Shown here one piece after another: positions 40,871 through 55,375 of a stretch of DNA of 64,000 bases (position 1 is the stretch's first letter; every line of letters begins with the position of its first letter). Origin of the DNA: the human T2T-CHM13v2.0 reference genome, Homo sapiens. The notes beneath the pieces are model-generated. The model was not told the DNA's origin. It was given only the letters and a program-made list of their open reading frames with translations, and did no database searches. The translations under genes and the position numbers were made by a program. The stretch is from NCBI RefSeq assembly GCF_009914755.1, contig NC_060944.1; one strand, written 5' to 3'.

Positions 40871-41799
40871 AATAATGGCAACATGGAAACTCAAGGTCAC
40901 AGCTAGTACACAGCTGAGTTCATGTCCAAGAGCAGGTGGCTGTGATTGCAAAATCACATTCTTCCATCAAGCCTTCTTGGCTTATTCTCATTGTAGACAT
41001 CGCAGCCTAGTTGGAGATAAGCATATAAACATATGAAATGTCAAATAGCAACATAAAAACAAGGATATTATGATGCAGCATGTGATTAATTGGCAAATGA
41101 GTGTTAGGAATTGTGAGTTTGTCATGAACTACAGTAACCTAGAAAGGCCTGGCCTCTGTGTAGGACTTAGATAGGTTAAAATGAAAACCAGACAGTCATA
41201 AAGGTGTGAATCCTGCATATAGTAAGGAAAATATGCGATCAATATATTGTTAGTGGATCAGTTTGGCTTTAAAAAGTTTATGAAGGAGCTCGAAGGTAGA
41301 CTTCAGCTTTGAATTTCAGGCTCTCTAGACCCTCATTCAGTAGGTCAGTGTTACTCTGAGGTCAGTGGACTGCCCTTCCTAACATCTTGGGGGTCCTAGC
41401 ACTTATTGTCAGGATTCCTAAGTTCTCTATGAAACTTTGCTTTAAAATTTTTGATGAAAATTAGAAAACATTATGAGCATACTATGGAGATCAACCCTGT
41501 AACTGTGCACTATCCTGTGGTGGTCTTACCAAGTGAAGGCTGAATGATATCCCAGCAGATGAATGCATAAAGATCTCACCATTGTTTACACAGAGAAAAC
41601 ATGTGCAAACTGAACCTGCTCATATCATCCATTAGGCTGGATATACTAGACCTCCTCTGTACAGTGAATGTCCATCCATGTGAGTGGATCTCCTGACTTG
41701 AAGCCCTGCAGTGTCGGAAAGGGTAGCTGTTAGTGCCCAATAAAGAAATAATCTGCTTCTGGGACAGATACTGTTCGTGTCCCCTCCACCCCACCCTAC

Positions 41800-42210
41800 T
41801 GGCACTAACTATTCTTGTATGTGGCGCTGCATCCACCTGCAAGCCCCTCTGATTCTTCACCTAGGGGCTTTCTCTTGGTAGGCATGTGTTTGGGGCAGGC
41901 CAGATGTGTTAATTTTGGGAGCATCCATCCACCAATGACAAATGGGAGTTGGAGAAAAAATACCCCAGCTTCCTCGCCTCTTGGGTGGGTGAATTCTGAG
42001 GCATGCTCACATTGTCTTCCAAAGTTCTCAGGAGCACTCAGTCCCAGTGGCCTGGAGCTGTCACCTGCTTATTAATGCATGCTGCATTGGCCTTTCTTTC
42101 TTGATATTGCTTCCTCACATTGCTTAGCAGTATGAACATTATTTCCCAGATAAAACCCTCTATCCAAGTATTTGTCTCAGGTTTGCTTTTGAGGGAACCT
42201 AGCCTAAAAG
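41800..42210 (+). mobile_element. ERVL solo LTR, LTR33-like
   Basis: atgggagttgg..aaataccccagcttcctcgcc..gggtggg; ttgtctcaggtttgcttttgagggaacc. Confidence 0.7.
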
Positions 42211-42746
42211 CCTTCCAAATATTCATTTGGTAAAGATTTGTATAACACAATGCCAGCCTTATCTTTACGTGAACAAAATAGTTGTGCAGTGTTATCAATG
42301 GATGCCTCAATACAACTGGCATGCAAGGATTATTCCCAGACAGACTTTTGGTTCTGATGATCCTGAATTAGAAAAAAAATGCAGTGATTAATACAATCTT
42401 ATACAGCATGCTTGTGAGAATGGCTGTTCCTTACATTAGCATTATTAAAACTGAAATACAGAACCAGATTGAGTATTCAAACAAACTTGAGACTATATTC
42501 TTCCTCTATTAAGCCAAATATCAGTGATTTTGTTCCAGCAAAATAACATCATGTCACATTAAATTAATGTTGGGAATTTAAATTTTATTGGTTCTCTAGT
42601 TGTGCTTGAATATAATTTAAAAATTTATTCTAGATTTGTAGTTATATCAAAGCTGTCAGAATAAAGAGTTTATGACTAGTTTTATATTTATACATATTGA
42701 AATTAAATTATAATGAATTTTTAACATTACATTGAGGGTCCATAAA

Positions 42747-42850
42747 ATATACGTGTGTGTGTGTGTGTGTGTGTGTATATACACATGTATATATTCACAC
42801 ATATACACACACACATATACATATATGCACACACACACACATATATATAT
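42747..42850. repeat. Compound (GT)12/(AT)n/(AC)n purine-pyrimidine tract
   Basis: Read directly. Confidence 0.92.
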
Positions 42851-43174
42851 CTTTTAACCCCTTTAATAAGAGAAACTCCTCAGGCCTAAAGAAAAACTTC
42901 TTTAGGTGACTGAGAGACACTAAAAGGTTTCGATCACTGAGGTGACCTCATGAAAATGGTGTTTCAGGACAAATTAATGGAAAATGAATTTAAATCAAGA
43001 TCTTAGAATATAGTAGACAGACAATACTATTTGCTGAATAAATGAATTAAATAAAAGTAAACCGAGTTAGAATTCTGTTGCAGCAAACTATAAAATAAAA
43101 CATACGTATGTAACCTAGAGTGCTGGAATTAGAAAACAGAGACTTAGAGAACCTTGTGATTATATACGGGACAT

Positions 43175-43920
43175 GCATTGGTTCCAGCTCTGTCAAGGCA
43201 GAACTCTGAGACAAGGGTTCATGTACAGGTAACTTATTAGGGATGTGACTCCAGGAGAAACCAGTAAAATGTCAGCCAGGTGTGGTGGTTCATTCCTGTA
43301 ATCCTGGCACTTTGGGAGGCTGAGGTGGAAGGATTGCTTGAGCCCAGGAGTTCAAGACCAGTTTGGGCAACGTAGCGAGACACTGCCTCTACAAAAAATT
43401 TAAAAAGTTAGCTGGAAACGGTGGCACACACCTGTAGGCTGAGGCTGAAGGATTGCTTCAGTCCAGGAATTCAAAGCTGCAGTGAGCGATGATGGTGCTA
43501 TTGCACTCCAGCCTAGGCAACAGAGTGAGACTCTTTCTCTAAACAATAACAACAACAACAACAACAACAACAACACAACAACAAGTGAGTGAAGCAGACA
43601 GGGAGGGGGAGGAGGCCAAGCAAAGGTATGATTTTAGGCAAAGTTCCCAGAGAGTAGCTTAAGCCTAATCCTGCAGAGAAACTCTCAAATGGAAGTGATA
43701 CCTCCAAGTCGATCCCAGCTTGAGCCAAGGGAGCTGGGCTTTCCTACCCCTGCACCAGCCAGTCACTGGCCAAGGGCTTCCATGTGAGGTACGAACTTCC
43801 AGGGCTTCCAGCTTTCTGTAGTCAGAGAGCAGTCTTACAGAGAGAGAGTAGCAGGTGACAGCCTAGCAGCAGAAGCACCTATAAGCTGGGGGAAGCGTGC
43901 ACAGGAATGATAAAAGCAGC
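43175..43920 (-). mobile_element. ERVL solo LTR (LTR16/33 group) interrupted by AluJ
   Basis: gcagaactctgagacaagggttcatgtacaggtaacttatt; aagggagctgggctttc..ccagtcactggcc. Confidence 0.6.
43274..43583 (+). mobile_element. AluJ with (CAA)n tail
   Basis: ggattgcttgagcccaggagttcaag; (CAA)n at about 43543-43583. Confidence 0.92.
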
Positions 43921-43959
43921 AGTATGGAGTATGGAGTGGTATGGAGTATGGAGTATGGA
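43921..43959. repeat. Short heptamer repeat (AGTATGG)~5
   Basis: Read directly. Confidence 0.85.
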
Positions 43960-44066
43960 GACATACCAGTGTTGACCATCAAAACTAAGCAGTCGAAGGT
44001 GATTTGAGGGCTCTGACCTGTGATGTGGCCAGTGGATGTCTCCATTAACAGAAGAAAGGAATTTGA

Positions 44067-44789
44067 TCAAAACCACAACGTAATACCATCTTATCCCCCC
44101 AAGAATGGCCATAATAAAAAATAAAAAAAAAAAGATGTTGGCATGGATGTGGTAAAAAGGGAACACTTCTACACTGCTGGTGGGAATGTAAACTAGTACA
44201 ACCACTATGGAAAACAGTGTGGAGATTCTTTAAAGAACTAAAAGTAGACCTACCATTTGATCCAGCAATCCCACTCCTGGGTCTCTACCCAGAGGAAAAG
44301 AAATCGTTATATGAAAAAGATACTTGCATGTGCATGTTTATAGCAGCACAATTTGCAATTGCAAAAATATGGAACCAGCCCAAATGCCTATCAAACAACG
44401 AGTGGGTAAAAAAACTGTGGTATATATACATGATGGAGTACTACTCAGCCATAAAAGGGAATTAATGGCATTCACAGCAACCTGGATGGGATTGGAGACT
44501 ATTATTCTAGGCGAAGTAACTCAGGAATGGAAAACCAAACATCGTGTGTTCTCACTCATAAGTGGAAGCTAAGCTATGAGGATGCAGAGGCATAAGAATG
44601 ATACAATGGACTTTGGGGACTCGGGGAAAAGGGCAGGAGGGGGTGAGGGATAAAAGGCTACAAATTAGGTTCAGCGTACACTGCTCAGGTGATGGGTGCA
44701 CTATAATCCCACAAATCACCACTAAAGAACTTACTCATGTAACCAAACACCACCTGTTCCCCCAAAACCTATGGAAATTAAAAAAAAGA
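44067..44789 (+). mobile_element. 5'-truncated L1PB-type element
   Basis: ORFs 44217-44465 and 44324-44572 give the frameshifted ORF2p C-terminus ([31 protein letters not shown]); TSD AGAAGAAAGGAATTTGA at 44050-44066 and 44790-44806. Confidence 0.95.
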
Positions 44790-44989
44790 AGAAGAAAGGA
44801 ATTTGAGAGGGGATTTGGGAAGGAGATGGAGAGTCACAGCCCTTGGATTTTTTCGGGGAGTGAAACATCCTCTGGATCTATCTCCATGGCTACAGCTCAT
44901 CTTCAAGCTGCCCTCCTGTGTTAGCCAGATCACAGTAAGAGCTTCCTGTGTTTTCCTCAGCTTTGATGTTGTTGGGCCCTCCTGCCTTG

Positions 44990-46477
44990 TCTGTGCACTA
45001 CAGCTAGAATCATCTTCTTAAACTTCCAATCACATGGTATTACTTCCTTGCTCTGAAATCCTTCAGCAACTTCCAGTTTCACCTTGAAGATCCCGAGTCA
45101 CCATCAGCCTCTTCCACTCTGTTCTAGCCTCACTGGCTTTCTTTCTGCTCCCAAAAGAGGCCAAGTTCATCTCTGTGCCAGGGTCTTTGTACTTGCTTTT
45201 CCCTCTGACTGGAATGCTTCCCTGTTAGCCTCGCAAATGCCTGGTCTCTGCACATCCTTCACTCAAACCTTCTCTTATTGGAGAGGCTTTTTATGGGGGT
45301 TGTCAGTGCCGCTCACCATGCTTCTTTTCTGCATTGTCTGGGCATACGATGGGGTAGACCTTGCTGGCTCCCTTGTGTCCGGGTGGGGCTGGATGTCTGC
45401 TTCTGGCCAATGCGTGCTGAGTGCAAGTGACATGTATTAGTTTCAGGTTAGAGCATTTAACTGCTTGTGTGAGACCCTCCAGAGTTTTTTTGCTTCTGCC
45501 TCAGGACAATACTGTGAGGTCCTGTAATAGCTACTGTGCCAGCCTGGGTCGCTGTATCAGTTAAGAGTTTGATCTGGGAAGTAGAACCAGTTGAGTCATG
45601 TGGAGTAAGGGATTTATTAGAGGGATTAGAGCTTACACAGTTGTGGAAGTTGGTCAAGACATCTCTGGAAGATGGTTGCCTCTGTGAACGGGTTTGGGCC
45701 TGAAGTTTGTTGTAGGTGCATGAAGAAAAGCTGGATGTAAAGTGGGGAAGAACAGAGATAATTGGATGCTCTGAGGATGGCCTGGAATCCATGTCTGTCT
45801 CTCACCACCTCCACGCTCAGTGATGCTGGTGACCTGCAGAAGGAGCTGGTCTCCAGTGCCGTGGCGCTGCAGGTGCATCTGGTTCAGGACCCTAAAAATG
45901 CTGAATAAGAACACTCAGTGGGTTCCTCACATCTGCTGTCTAGATTTCACATGTTTCCCTGTGGCCAGCTGTAATCTGCAACTACACACACAAAAAAGCT
46001 CTAAGAAATGTAGTTCCAGATAAAATAATTTGCAGAGTACAAAACTGCGATAGTCTGGAGTGACTACAATGAGTAGAGTTTCCCTAACAACTTCGGATGG
46101 GCATGTAGCGTGAAGGAAAGACCAACCTTTGCTGTTTTCAGCCTCTCATACCAGGGGGTTGTTTGTTACCACAGGATAACCTGGCAATTCTGACTATTAC
46201 ATCTTTCCTGAGCATTGTATGTAAAGAAGTGTATCATCCTCTCAAGTTGGTCTAGACTATGCCAAGCAGCTTCTTTCTTTCTTACTACTTACTTATTACT
46301 ATCCAAAATTATCTTACTTATTTGTTTGCTTTTTTAAAAAAATGTCTGCTTCTCTTCAGTAGGCTCCATGAGGATAGGGACTGATGAGTCTTACTCACTG
46401 TTGCATCCCCAGTCCCTAGGATAGTACCTGGTTTCTAACAGGTGCTCAATAAATATTTGTGGGGTGAATGAATGAAT
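44990..46477 (+). mobile_element. L2 split by nested LTRs
   Basis: L2 at 44990-45290 and 3' end at 46280-46477 (ggtgctcaataaatatttg..gaatgaatgaat). Confidence 0.65.
45330..46200 (+). mobile_element. MLT1I/J LTR containing an antisense ERVL-type LTR (about 45553-46050)
   Basis: cagcctgggtc...|...tgactacaatgag, ggttgtttgttaccacag; inner element tgtatcagttaagag...aagggatttatt. Confidence 0.55.
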
Positions 46478-47177
46478 CTAGAATGGTCTGTGCTTTTCCC
46501 TTGTACATAATGGGATGTTCTGTTTGTCTGTCTCCCTGTTGAAACATGAGCTCTTTAAATGCTGGAGCCTGTCTCCAGTGGATGTCTGATTCCTTCTACA
46601 TAGAAGGATCTCATCTTTGTTGAAATTAACTTGAGGAAAAACAGAAAGGCTAGAATGTAGATGCACAAATTATGCAAATGGAGGTGACAGTGAAAACCAT
46701 GGGGATTGTTGTGACTTTCAAGTTGCAGACATGATCAGAGGGCTTAGGAACTCTTCTAAGGAATGCTTTAGCTTCTGTATAGAAGCCTGCCACCATGAGT
46801 GTCTGTGAGCCTGATTTTTCTCTCCAGAAAACAAGCATTGCCAAATTGATGATGGAAAACTAAACATTTCAAGCTTTAACCTTCCAAACTCAAAGAGTTT
46901 TACACAACTGTTTACTTTTATGATAAAACTGAAGAAGTTAATTTTAAAATAGTACTAGAAAATCCATGTAGCACCAAATATGGCCATGATAAAAAACAGA
47001 AATAATTTCTAAGTCTGAAAAGCAAGGATAATATTACCCCCCAGGCATATTGCCAGGTTTGTTATGGAGTTTCTCATGTTTTGACCTTTCCTTTTGCAGC
47101 TCATTCTAAGCTGATAAATACTTTATGGGCTAGTATTCAAGTACCCAAGAATACTTCTTCACTATGAATTACAAACA

Positions 47178-47489
<312 letters not shown>

Positions 47490-47729
47490 AGGAGCAATGT
47501 TTTAGTTGCTATTTGCAATCAGCTTTTAACTATATCTGGTCTAACTTTTCCCTGTTTCTCAAAGCAGTCTGCCTCTATTAAACACTTATGTGTCTTTCAT
47601 TGAAGTCTTTCCTCTAAAGCTCTGTATGCTGGTTTTTCCTGAGCAATCCTACTTTTTTAGTTCTCTTCAGAAGCATCATACCCTATCAGCATGTCTTTCT
47701 GTAATATTTTCAAACCAACATCCACTCAT

Positions 47730-48490
47730 TGTCTCCCCTTAATTATTGTAACTATACTTTGATTTTTCTTTGGGGAACCACCTTCAGTTCACATTGCTTT
47801 TATTTTCTTTTTTTCTTTTTTTGGTGGAGGGGACAGGGTCTTGCTCTGTCACCCAGGCTGGAGTGCAGTGGTGTGTTCATAACTCACTGCAGCCTTAACC
47901 TCCTGAGCTCAAGCAATCCTCCTGCCTCAGCCTCTTGAGTAACTGGGACCACAGGCATGCACCATCATTCCTGGCTAATTAAAAAAAGTTTTTTTTTGTA
48001 GAGATGGAGTTTCAACACGTTGCCACATGCATGCAACTTGGTTCAGGTCTCTCAGATCATCACACTCCTCTGGCCACAATTGCTGTAAACATGGGCATCT
48101 GGTCCTGATCAGAGACAATGAATTATGGTGTGATAAAGCCTATCTGGATACTTCTGGGAAAGGGACTTTGTTATTCCCTCAGCTATGCACTTGTGAGGAC
48201 ATGCGCGGCTGTAGTCATCTTGTAGTCACGAGAAGAGACCTTGCCTCAGAGTGGAGCCCCACGGCAGACCTTTCCTTTTGCAGCTCATTCTAAGCTCATT
48301 CTCTCTCCATCTAAAGGTAGAGAGAGAGGTATCGGCACTTGGTACCATTATTTATGTCTTGATCAAATCATGCCTGAAGTTCCTACTTCTGGACTTTGCA
48401 GTAATATGAAGCAATAAATTCCCATTATATTGAAGCCAGTTGGGTTGAGTTTCTGTTATTTGCAACCAAAGAAGTCCTAAGTGATAACAC
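47730..48490 (+). mobile_element. MLT1K/L-like LTR interrupted by AluJ and a templated insertion
   Basis: atgcctgaag...ctggacttt..gaagcaataaattccc...gagtttctgttatttgcaacc. Confidence 0.65.
47798..48025 (-). mobile_element. 5'-truncated AluJ
   Basis: gacagggtcttgctctgtcacccagg...cagccttaacctcctgagctcaagcaatcctcc. Confidence 0.9.
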
Positions 48491-48669
48491 TGCTTAAGCA
48501 GTCAACTTTAGTTTTTACAGTGTAACCCAACGTACGTAGGACACAATCAGCTCATCACAGGTGTGAGAATGAATGGTGAGAAAATGGAAACTGAAAGCCA
48601 AGATGTGCAGTTGAAGAAAGGAAGAGAAATTTCAGATAGAAACCAAAGGAAGAAATAGGATCAGTGAAG

Positions 48670-48843
48670 ACAGTGATTCTCAAACCAGGTTGTACATTGG
48701 AATAGCCCAAGGGTTTTTCATAACATTCCGGTCTGCATCCCATTCCCACGGATCGTGATTACATTGGTCTGGAGTGCAGCCTGGGCATCAGGAATTTTAA
48801 AAGTGACTGCAATGTTCAGGCAAAGTTGAGAAGCTCTGCTCTA
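48670..48843. mobile_element. MER5-family relic
   Basis: cagtgattctcaaac...ggtctggagtgcagcctgggcatc...gttgagaa. Confidence 0.7.
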
Positions 48844-50684
48844 GGAGATACTTGTGTCTGTTTTTAGGAAAAAAATAAGAAGCCAGGGGAAAGGTAACAG
48901 CTGAAGAGGCAGTAGAAGGGCTAAGGAAGCTCGATTATGTAATTACCCAAATTTGTGCTGAAAAATACTGCAGTACTGAAATATTGAGCACCACATCGGT
49001 CACTGGTAGAAAAAGTAACGTGTATGCCTTGTGTTTTCTGAGAGCTATGCCAGTGAGCTTTTATCTTTGAGAATTCTATCATTGGACCCAGTCTTAAAAG
49101 AAACTCATATCCTAGTTAGAATGATTTGATCATTCTACCATTTTGCACACTTTTTTTCTCCTTTTATGCAATGAACAATCTTGAGTGATGGATTTTAAAA
49201 ATAAAATGAGGAAAATCATGATCATTAGGTTGAAGATTTAATAATAGACTCTAAAAAAGTCTTCTTGCTTTATTTTTAAATTCAGTGTTAGCTTTTTTTT
49301 TAATCAGTGTTTTTGTAAGTCTTAAATTAGTCTCAGAATGTGTTTGAATTTGTAAGACAATATCCACATAAGCTGATTTAAACACAAGTGATTGATTTTG
49401 GGGTATAGACCATAACAACTCCCTTCCCTAAAGCTCTAAGGAGACAAAGATTCCTTGTTAGAATTAAAGAAGCAATTATTTTTAAAATAATAAAATAATA
49501 AAAGAATATATTTTCTGTGGAAAATATACAAAATTTTGATTAGTAAAAAGAAGAAAAATAATCGACCTAATCTCTAGCTCTTGAAAAATACCATAATGTA
49601 ATACTATTTTTCACTTGCCTTTTCTGATTAATAATAGAGAACATACTTCTAGGTTACTTTCTATTTTGTAATGATTTTGCTGTTTTAAAAATGTTTTAAG
49701 TCTTTTTGTATATGGAAGAAAATTTTATTCATGGAATTGAGAGAAAAGAACAAGGACAAAAGTAAAAATCTCCTATAATTCCATCATACAAATAAATCAT
49801 TTGGAAGTATAGAGAGTCTTTTTTTAGGATTATTTTTATTTTCTTCTGTGAAACAGGAATTGTTTGTACATCTTTTTTAGCATGCTGTATCTTTAACTTA
49901 GCAATATATTGTGAACATGTTTCCAGGTTAAAATATTCTTTTTTATCAAATTTTAAAATTGAATGTGTATTATAGATGGGCCATAATTTTATTTACCCAA
50001 TATCTGTCATTAAACATTTGGTTCTTTTCAGTATTTTGCCATTTAGTGTAATGTTGTAAATGAACGTTTATAGTTAAGTAATTGTGCCCATTCAGTATGA
50101 TTCCTTGTATGCATCCCAGGGGTGAAATTGCTGTATCAGAGGATTCAAAGTGGAAATTCTTTGACTTTGATGTGCAATTGTAGATTAGGCAAATAAGATG
50201 GTGAAGAGATTATCAACGGTGGAGATCATCAAAGGAGAAATGACGTATTTGTAACCTCTCAAATTAAGGGCATTTCCTCAGTATCATCAACTTCTTCCCA
50301 TCCTTGGTTACCACATTGAGCTTACAGACCCCAAATCGATAGGCTCCTAGCCTCACTAAATTGCTTTCTTTTGCCCAAATATACCATGTATGTGTTTAGA
50401 CCTCTGTGCTACTTTATTCCACCTCTGAGAGATAGCTTTTTCACTCTTTTTCATCCTTTTCATCTTTCAACACTCATTTCATGTATTATCTTTCCTGTGA
50501 AGCCCAGGCTAAAGTTAGTCAATAGCTCCATTGTCTTCTCACAGTTCTTGGCTCTCAGTTAGCAGAGCTCTTAGAATTCCATACTGTATATCTATTCATG
50601 TCTGTCTCTTCTAGAAAACGTGAACTATGTCTTATTTTTTCTTGTCTCTGATGTGCCCATCAGTGATTAGGACTTTGCTTTCAA

Positions 50685-50759
50685 TTGTGATCTTCAGTCT
50701 TTATTAACTGCAACCCACAGTAAGAAACAATTTTACATCATGATGTATTATATGTGTTC

Positions 50760-50800
<41 letters not shown>

Positions 50801-50945
50801 CAAAAGTTTCATGGAATAAAATTTGCCATGACAGGATGTCATGCACTCATATTTTCTATTCTATTTGTCATTAAAAATGTTCTGGTCACAGTTCACCAAA
50901 TCAGTTTACCTACTAATGAGTCATGATTCTCAGTTTGCAAAATTC
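50685..50945. mobile_element. hAT-Charlie-type relic with internal (AC)18 at 50761-50796
   Basis: gcaacccacagtaagaaa..attttacatc; aaaagtttcatg; ctaatgagtcatga..cagtttg. Confidence 0.55.
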
Positions 50946-51044
50946 TACTTAGCATAAGCTCAAGTACTGTTTGTTGATCTGAATTGCAAAACATTGGCTT
51001 ATTTTGCAGCAAATCTCAGACATTATGTAATTTTATCTATACTC

Positions 51045-51835
51045 GATAGTGTTAAATGTATTAACATTGTTATGCAATGGATTTTTAGAGCTTTTCATTT
51101 TGCAAAACTGAAACTCTATACACATTAACCACTACTTCCCCTTCCCCTCCCCTAGCCCTTGGCAACTACTTTTCTACTTTCTGGTTCTATGATTTTGACT
51201 GCTTTAAATATTTCATATCAGTGGAATCATGTAGCATTTGTCCTTTTGTGACTGGGATTTCATTTAGAATAATGTCCTTGAGTTTCATCCATGTTGCAGC
51301 ATGTGACTGGATTTCCTTCATATTTAAGGTTGCATAATATTCCATTGTATGTATATAGCACATTTTCTTTATTCATCTATTGATGGACATTTGGGTTGCT
51401 TCCATTTCTTGGCTATTGTGAATACTGCTGCAGTGAACATGGGTGTACAAATATCTTTTCAAGATCCTGTTTTGAATTCTTTTGAGTATATCACCAGAAG
51501 TGGGATTACTGGATCATATGGTAATTCTGTTTTTAATTTTTTGAGGAACCTCTTTACTGTTCTCCATGATGACTACACCATTTTCCATTTCCACTCACAA
51601 TGCACAAGGGTTTCAGTTTCTCTGCAACATCGCCAACACTTATGTTCTGTTCTTTTGACAGTGACCATCCTAATGGATGTGAGGTGATGTCTCAAGGTGA
51701 TTTTGATTTGCGTTCCTCTTATGATTAATGATGTGGAACATGTTTTCCTATGCTTATTGGCCATTTCTGTATCTTTGGAGAATTGTCTATTCATGTCCTC
51801 GATCCATTTTTAAATTGGGTTATTTTTGTTGTTTT
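51045..51835 (-). mobile_element. L1MB-type 3' fragment
   Basis: ttgcaaaactgaaactctata, gatggacatttgggttgcttcca; ORF 51573-51794 (MNRQFSK..MANKH.K.CSTSLIIR..QIK) is an ORF2p remnant. Confidence 0.9.
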
Positions 51836-51995
51836 CTCCTTGTTTCTTGATATATGCTCTGAATTGAATTATTAAACTGTGATTCGAGCATCTTACTTTG
51901 GCCTGTGAACCATTGTATTCTGTGACCTCTGGGTTAGCTTGCCTGGCAGTTTTCTTGGAGGTTTCTATTGCATCACGGTAATTGCCCACACGTCT

Positions 51996-52444
51996 TCTTC
52001 TTCTTTTTTTTTTTTTTAACTTTTAGATTCAAGGGTACATGTGCAGGTTTGTCATATAGGTACATTGCATGTCATGGAAGTTTGGTGTACAGATTATTTC
52101 ATCACCCAGGTAATAGCATAGTACCCAATAGGTAGTTATTTGATCCTCTCCCTCCTCCCACCCTCCACCTTCAAGTAGGCCCTAGTGTCTGTTGTTCCCT
52201 TCTGTGTGTACACGTGTACTCAGTGTTTAGCTCTGACTTGTAAGTGTGAACATGCAGGATTTGGTTTTCTGTTCCTGCATTAGTTCGCTTAGGATGATGG
52301 CCTCCAGCACCATCTATGTTGTTGCAAAGGACATGATCTTGTTCTTTTTATGGCTATGTAGTATTCCATGATGTATATGTACTACGTTGTCTTTATCCAG
52401 TCTACCACTGATGGGCATTTAGGTTGATTCCATGTCTTTGCTGT
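51996..52444 (-). mobile_element. 5'-truncated L1PA15/16-like 3' end
   Basis: gggtacatgtgcaggtttg...acccaggtaatagcatagtaccc; TSD-like TG(C/T)CCACAC(G/A)TCT at 51983-51995 and 52445-52457. Confidence 0.92.
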
Positions 52445-52524
52445 TGTCCACACATCTGAGATGCAACCTAATTTTAAGATCATGCTTGTAACTTTTTTTT
52501 TTTAAAAATACACTAATTCTGGAC

Positions 52525-53085
52525 TCTGTCAGTTACTGGACTAATTTCCTCCCCACACCCACCTCTACTTCCCTTCTAAAACAATGCTAATTTTGTTCAG
52601 ATGTCCATGCCTTCCACATTAGCTCAGTTGCCTCAAGGGAAGCCAACCCCACTCCAGTTTTTCAGTACACCCTGATTGGTGTCAAGAATTCCCATTCAGA
52701 TTCCCCTTGCCAGTGACTGGCTTGGGGGAATGACCACTTGGTAAATCCTGGCTAATGAGTTGTGGAGGGAGATCTACTGGGATTGGGGTTTTCTGGGAAA
52801 GTGTTGCGAAGAGAGACTGCACAGTAAGAGGAAGTCTCCCTTCTTTCCCTATATATTGGGCCAGGAAGTGACACATGCAGTTGCTACAGCCATCTTGCCA
52901 ATAGCTCCAGGAAGATGTAGAGGGAGGGCGGAGTCTACCTCGCTAATATAGACATCCCTAAGCTACTGAATCTACTACCCCAGAGCCCCCATTACCTCTT
53001 ATCTTTATGATGTTAAAGTTTTTTCCTTCTTGAAACCAGTTTGTCTAAGTTTTCATTTCTTGCAAATGAAAGCATCTTTCATTGA
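52525..53085 (+). mobile_element. MLT1K/L-like LTR
   Basis: ttgccagtgactgg...ctggctaatgag...gttgctacagccatcttgc. Confidence 0.6.
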
Positions 53086-53121
53086 GTCACTTGCCAAAAG
53101 TTATAATTTAAATCACTTTAA

Positions 53122-53442
<321 letters not shown>

Positions 53443-54814
53443 TTAACTGGTTATTTCTTAATATGATTATAGACTATCAGCAATAGAATCACATTGGGAG
53501 CTTCTTAAAATACACTTTCTGAGGCCCCATTGCAAATCTATTGAATCAGAATTTTAGTGGGGCACTACATTCCTATACACACAAAGACAGCAGAAATAAT
53601 AGTGAAAACTTGATGAAATGATTTAAAAAATTATCCAAAACTTGCAAATAAAGCTGAGAATGAGTCCATGTCCTTTCAGTGTGAGTGTTGAAAAAATTCA
53701 CCCAAGATTGATTATATAGAAGAATGCACCTGTGTTTAGCTGCAATTTGCTATTTGGTTAGAACCAGATACTTTAAGTTGTATGTTAACTATGTTTTCTG
53801 TCTTGGAGAAAAATAACTCCTCTTGGTGATAGTTTAGTGACCCTATACAACATTACCCAGTTTTGACTCTGTTAGCACATTTATTTCTGCATCCTTTTGG
53901 CCAACTTACGATATAAATCCTCATTCCTCAATTTCTCCTTTTAACCAACCTTACCATTATGTTTGTTTCTTCATTAATTAATGAATTAAATAAAATTTTT
54001 GACATGTATTCATTGTATATTTGTAGGAGAGTCATGCTTTTTTAAAATTGAAGATTATACTTTAATGGGATTCTTAGTTCCTTTGCTCGTTTTTCCCCTC
54101 CCAAGGAGCTGTAGCATGGTTCCTTCCTCATTACCAATAATAGCTGCTTATCTTGGTACCTGCAGATAAAAGGTAAGGAAAGGACTAAGTTTTCCCTTTT
54201 GTACCAGTGGCTATTTGTGTGTTTGTAAAACAAGCATGACTGAAGTTGCTTTTACCTTTGGCCACTGTTCTTGGCAATTATAAGCAGTGTCTCAAATGCA
54301 TTTAGGTGCTGAGCTAATTTTCTGTTTTATTGATCAAATGATGTTTCTGTTCTCTGGAACACATTTAGAGCACTCAAGGTAGGTGTGACCCAGAGTTTTA
54401 ATTAGATACCAGTTAAAATCTAATTTCTAGCTGCTTGTATGATCATTTGGGGCAAGTTTCTTTGAGGACAGAATAGCCTAGTGGAAGCCGTCAGCCAAGC
54501 AGTCCTGGGTTTGAATCCCAGCCCGTGATCACCGCATGATGTTGGGCAGGTTCATTAAAGTCAGTTTTCTTTCATGTGAAGAGGGGGCAATAGCAGATAC
54601 TTCACAATGTAGTTCTTTAGGTGAGAGGGAAGAAGTTGAATGGAGCACCTCAGAGCTTACCTCTAAGACTAGGTGCTCAGGCTGAATTCATATTCGGCCA
54701 CATAGAGGCTTGTGGTTCTGAATGAGTTACCTAATATCTTTGAGTATCATTTTCCTTACCTGAAAAGTAAATAATAGTTCCTGCCTCATAGGCTTACAAA
54801 GAACATCAAAGGAG

Positions 54815-55375
54815 CATTTGTCCCATTCGTCAACACTAATTGTTTGAGTACCACTTTCACGTATTTTGCTATGTTTCTATCTCATCTTGTGCGCTCATCA
54901 CAAATCCTGCTACGTTGGCACCATTTCTACTATCACTTACTTGATATTTTCGTTTAATAAATTTCATTAGATAAATATTTATTGACAGTCTATTTTCTAG
55001 AAACTGTTGAGGTTTCGAGGGTCTAGCAGTTTACAAATAGGGCAAAAGTTCCTGCCCTCATACGGTTCATGTCTCAAGTAAATTTGTTTTAAACAGACAC
55101 TGGATATCACCTCCATTAGTTGGAAAACAATGTCACATGGAAAAGATGGTGACTTGAATGAAAATTGTGAAAGCTAAACAATGTTGGTTTTTACAAATTC
55201 TAGCTAGACACAGTCTCCCTTTCTTTGTTTAAAAAATACATTTTTCACTTTTAGAGGGTGTTTGAGACATACTAGTGCCACACTGCAGCCCTCCTTGATG
55301 TTATTGGGAAAGTCAATAAAGAACCAGAAAGGGGGCAATTTTTCTCACTGTGGGATTCAATGTTGTTTTATTCTA
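54815..55375 (-). mobile_element. hAT-Charlie-type relic with an L2 fragment inside
   Basis: aaattctagctagaca, gacatactag, ttctcactgtgggattcaatgttg; L2 aaatatttattga...cctgccctcat at about 54960-55075. Confidence 0.5.

Noticed and set aside
44067-44789. Active or coding-competent L1
   Set aside because: Only about 0.7 kb of 3' end, with a frameshifted ORF2 tail; all L1s in the window are truncated relics
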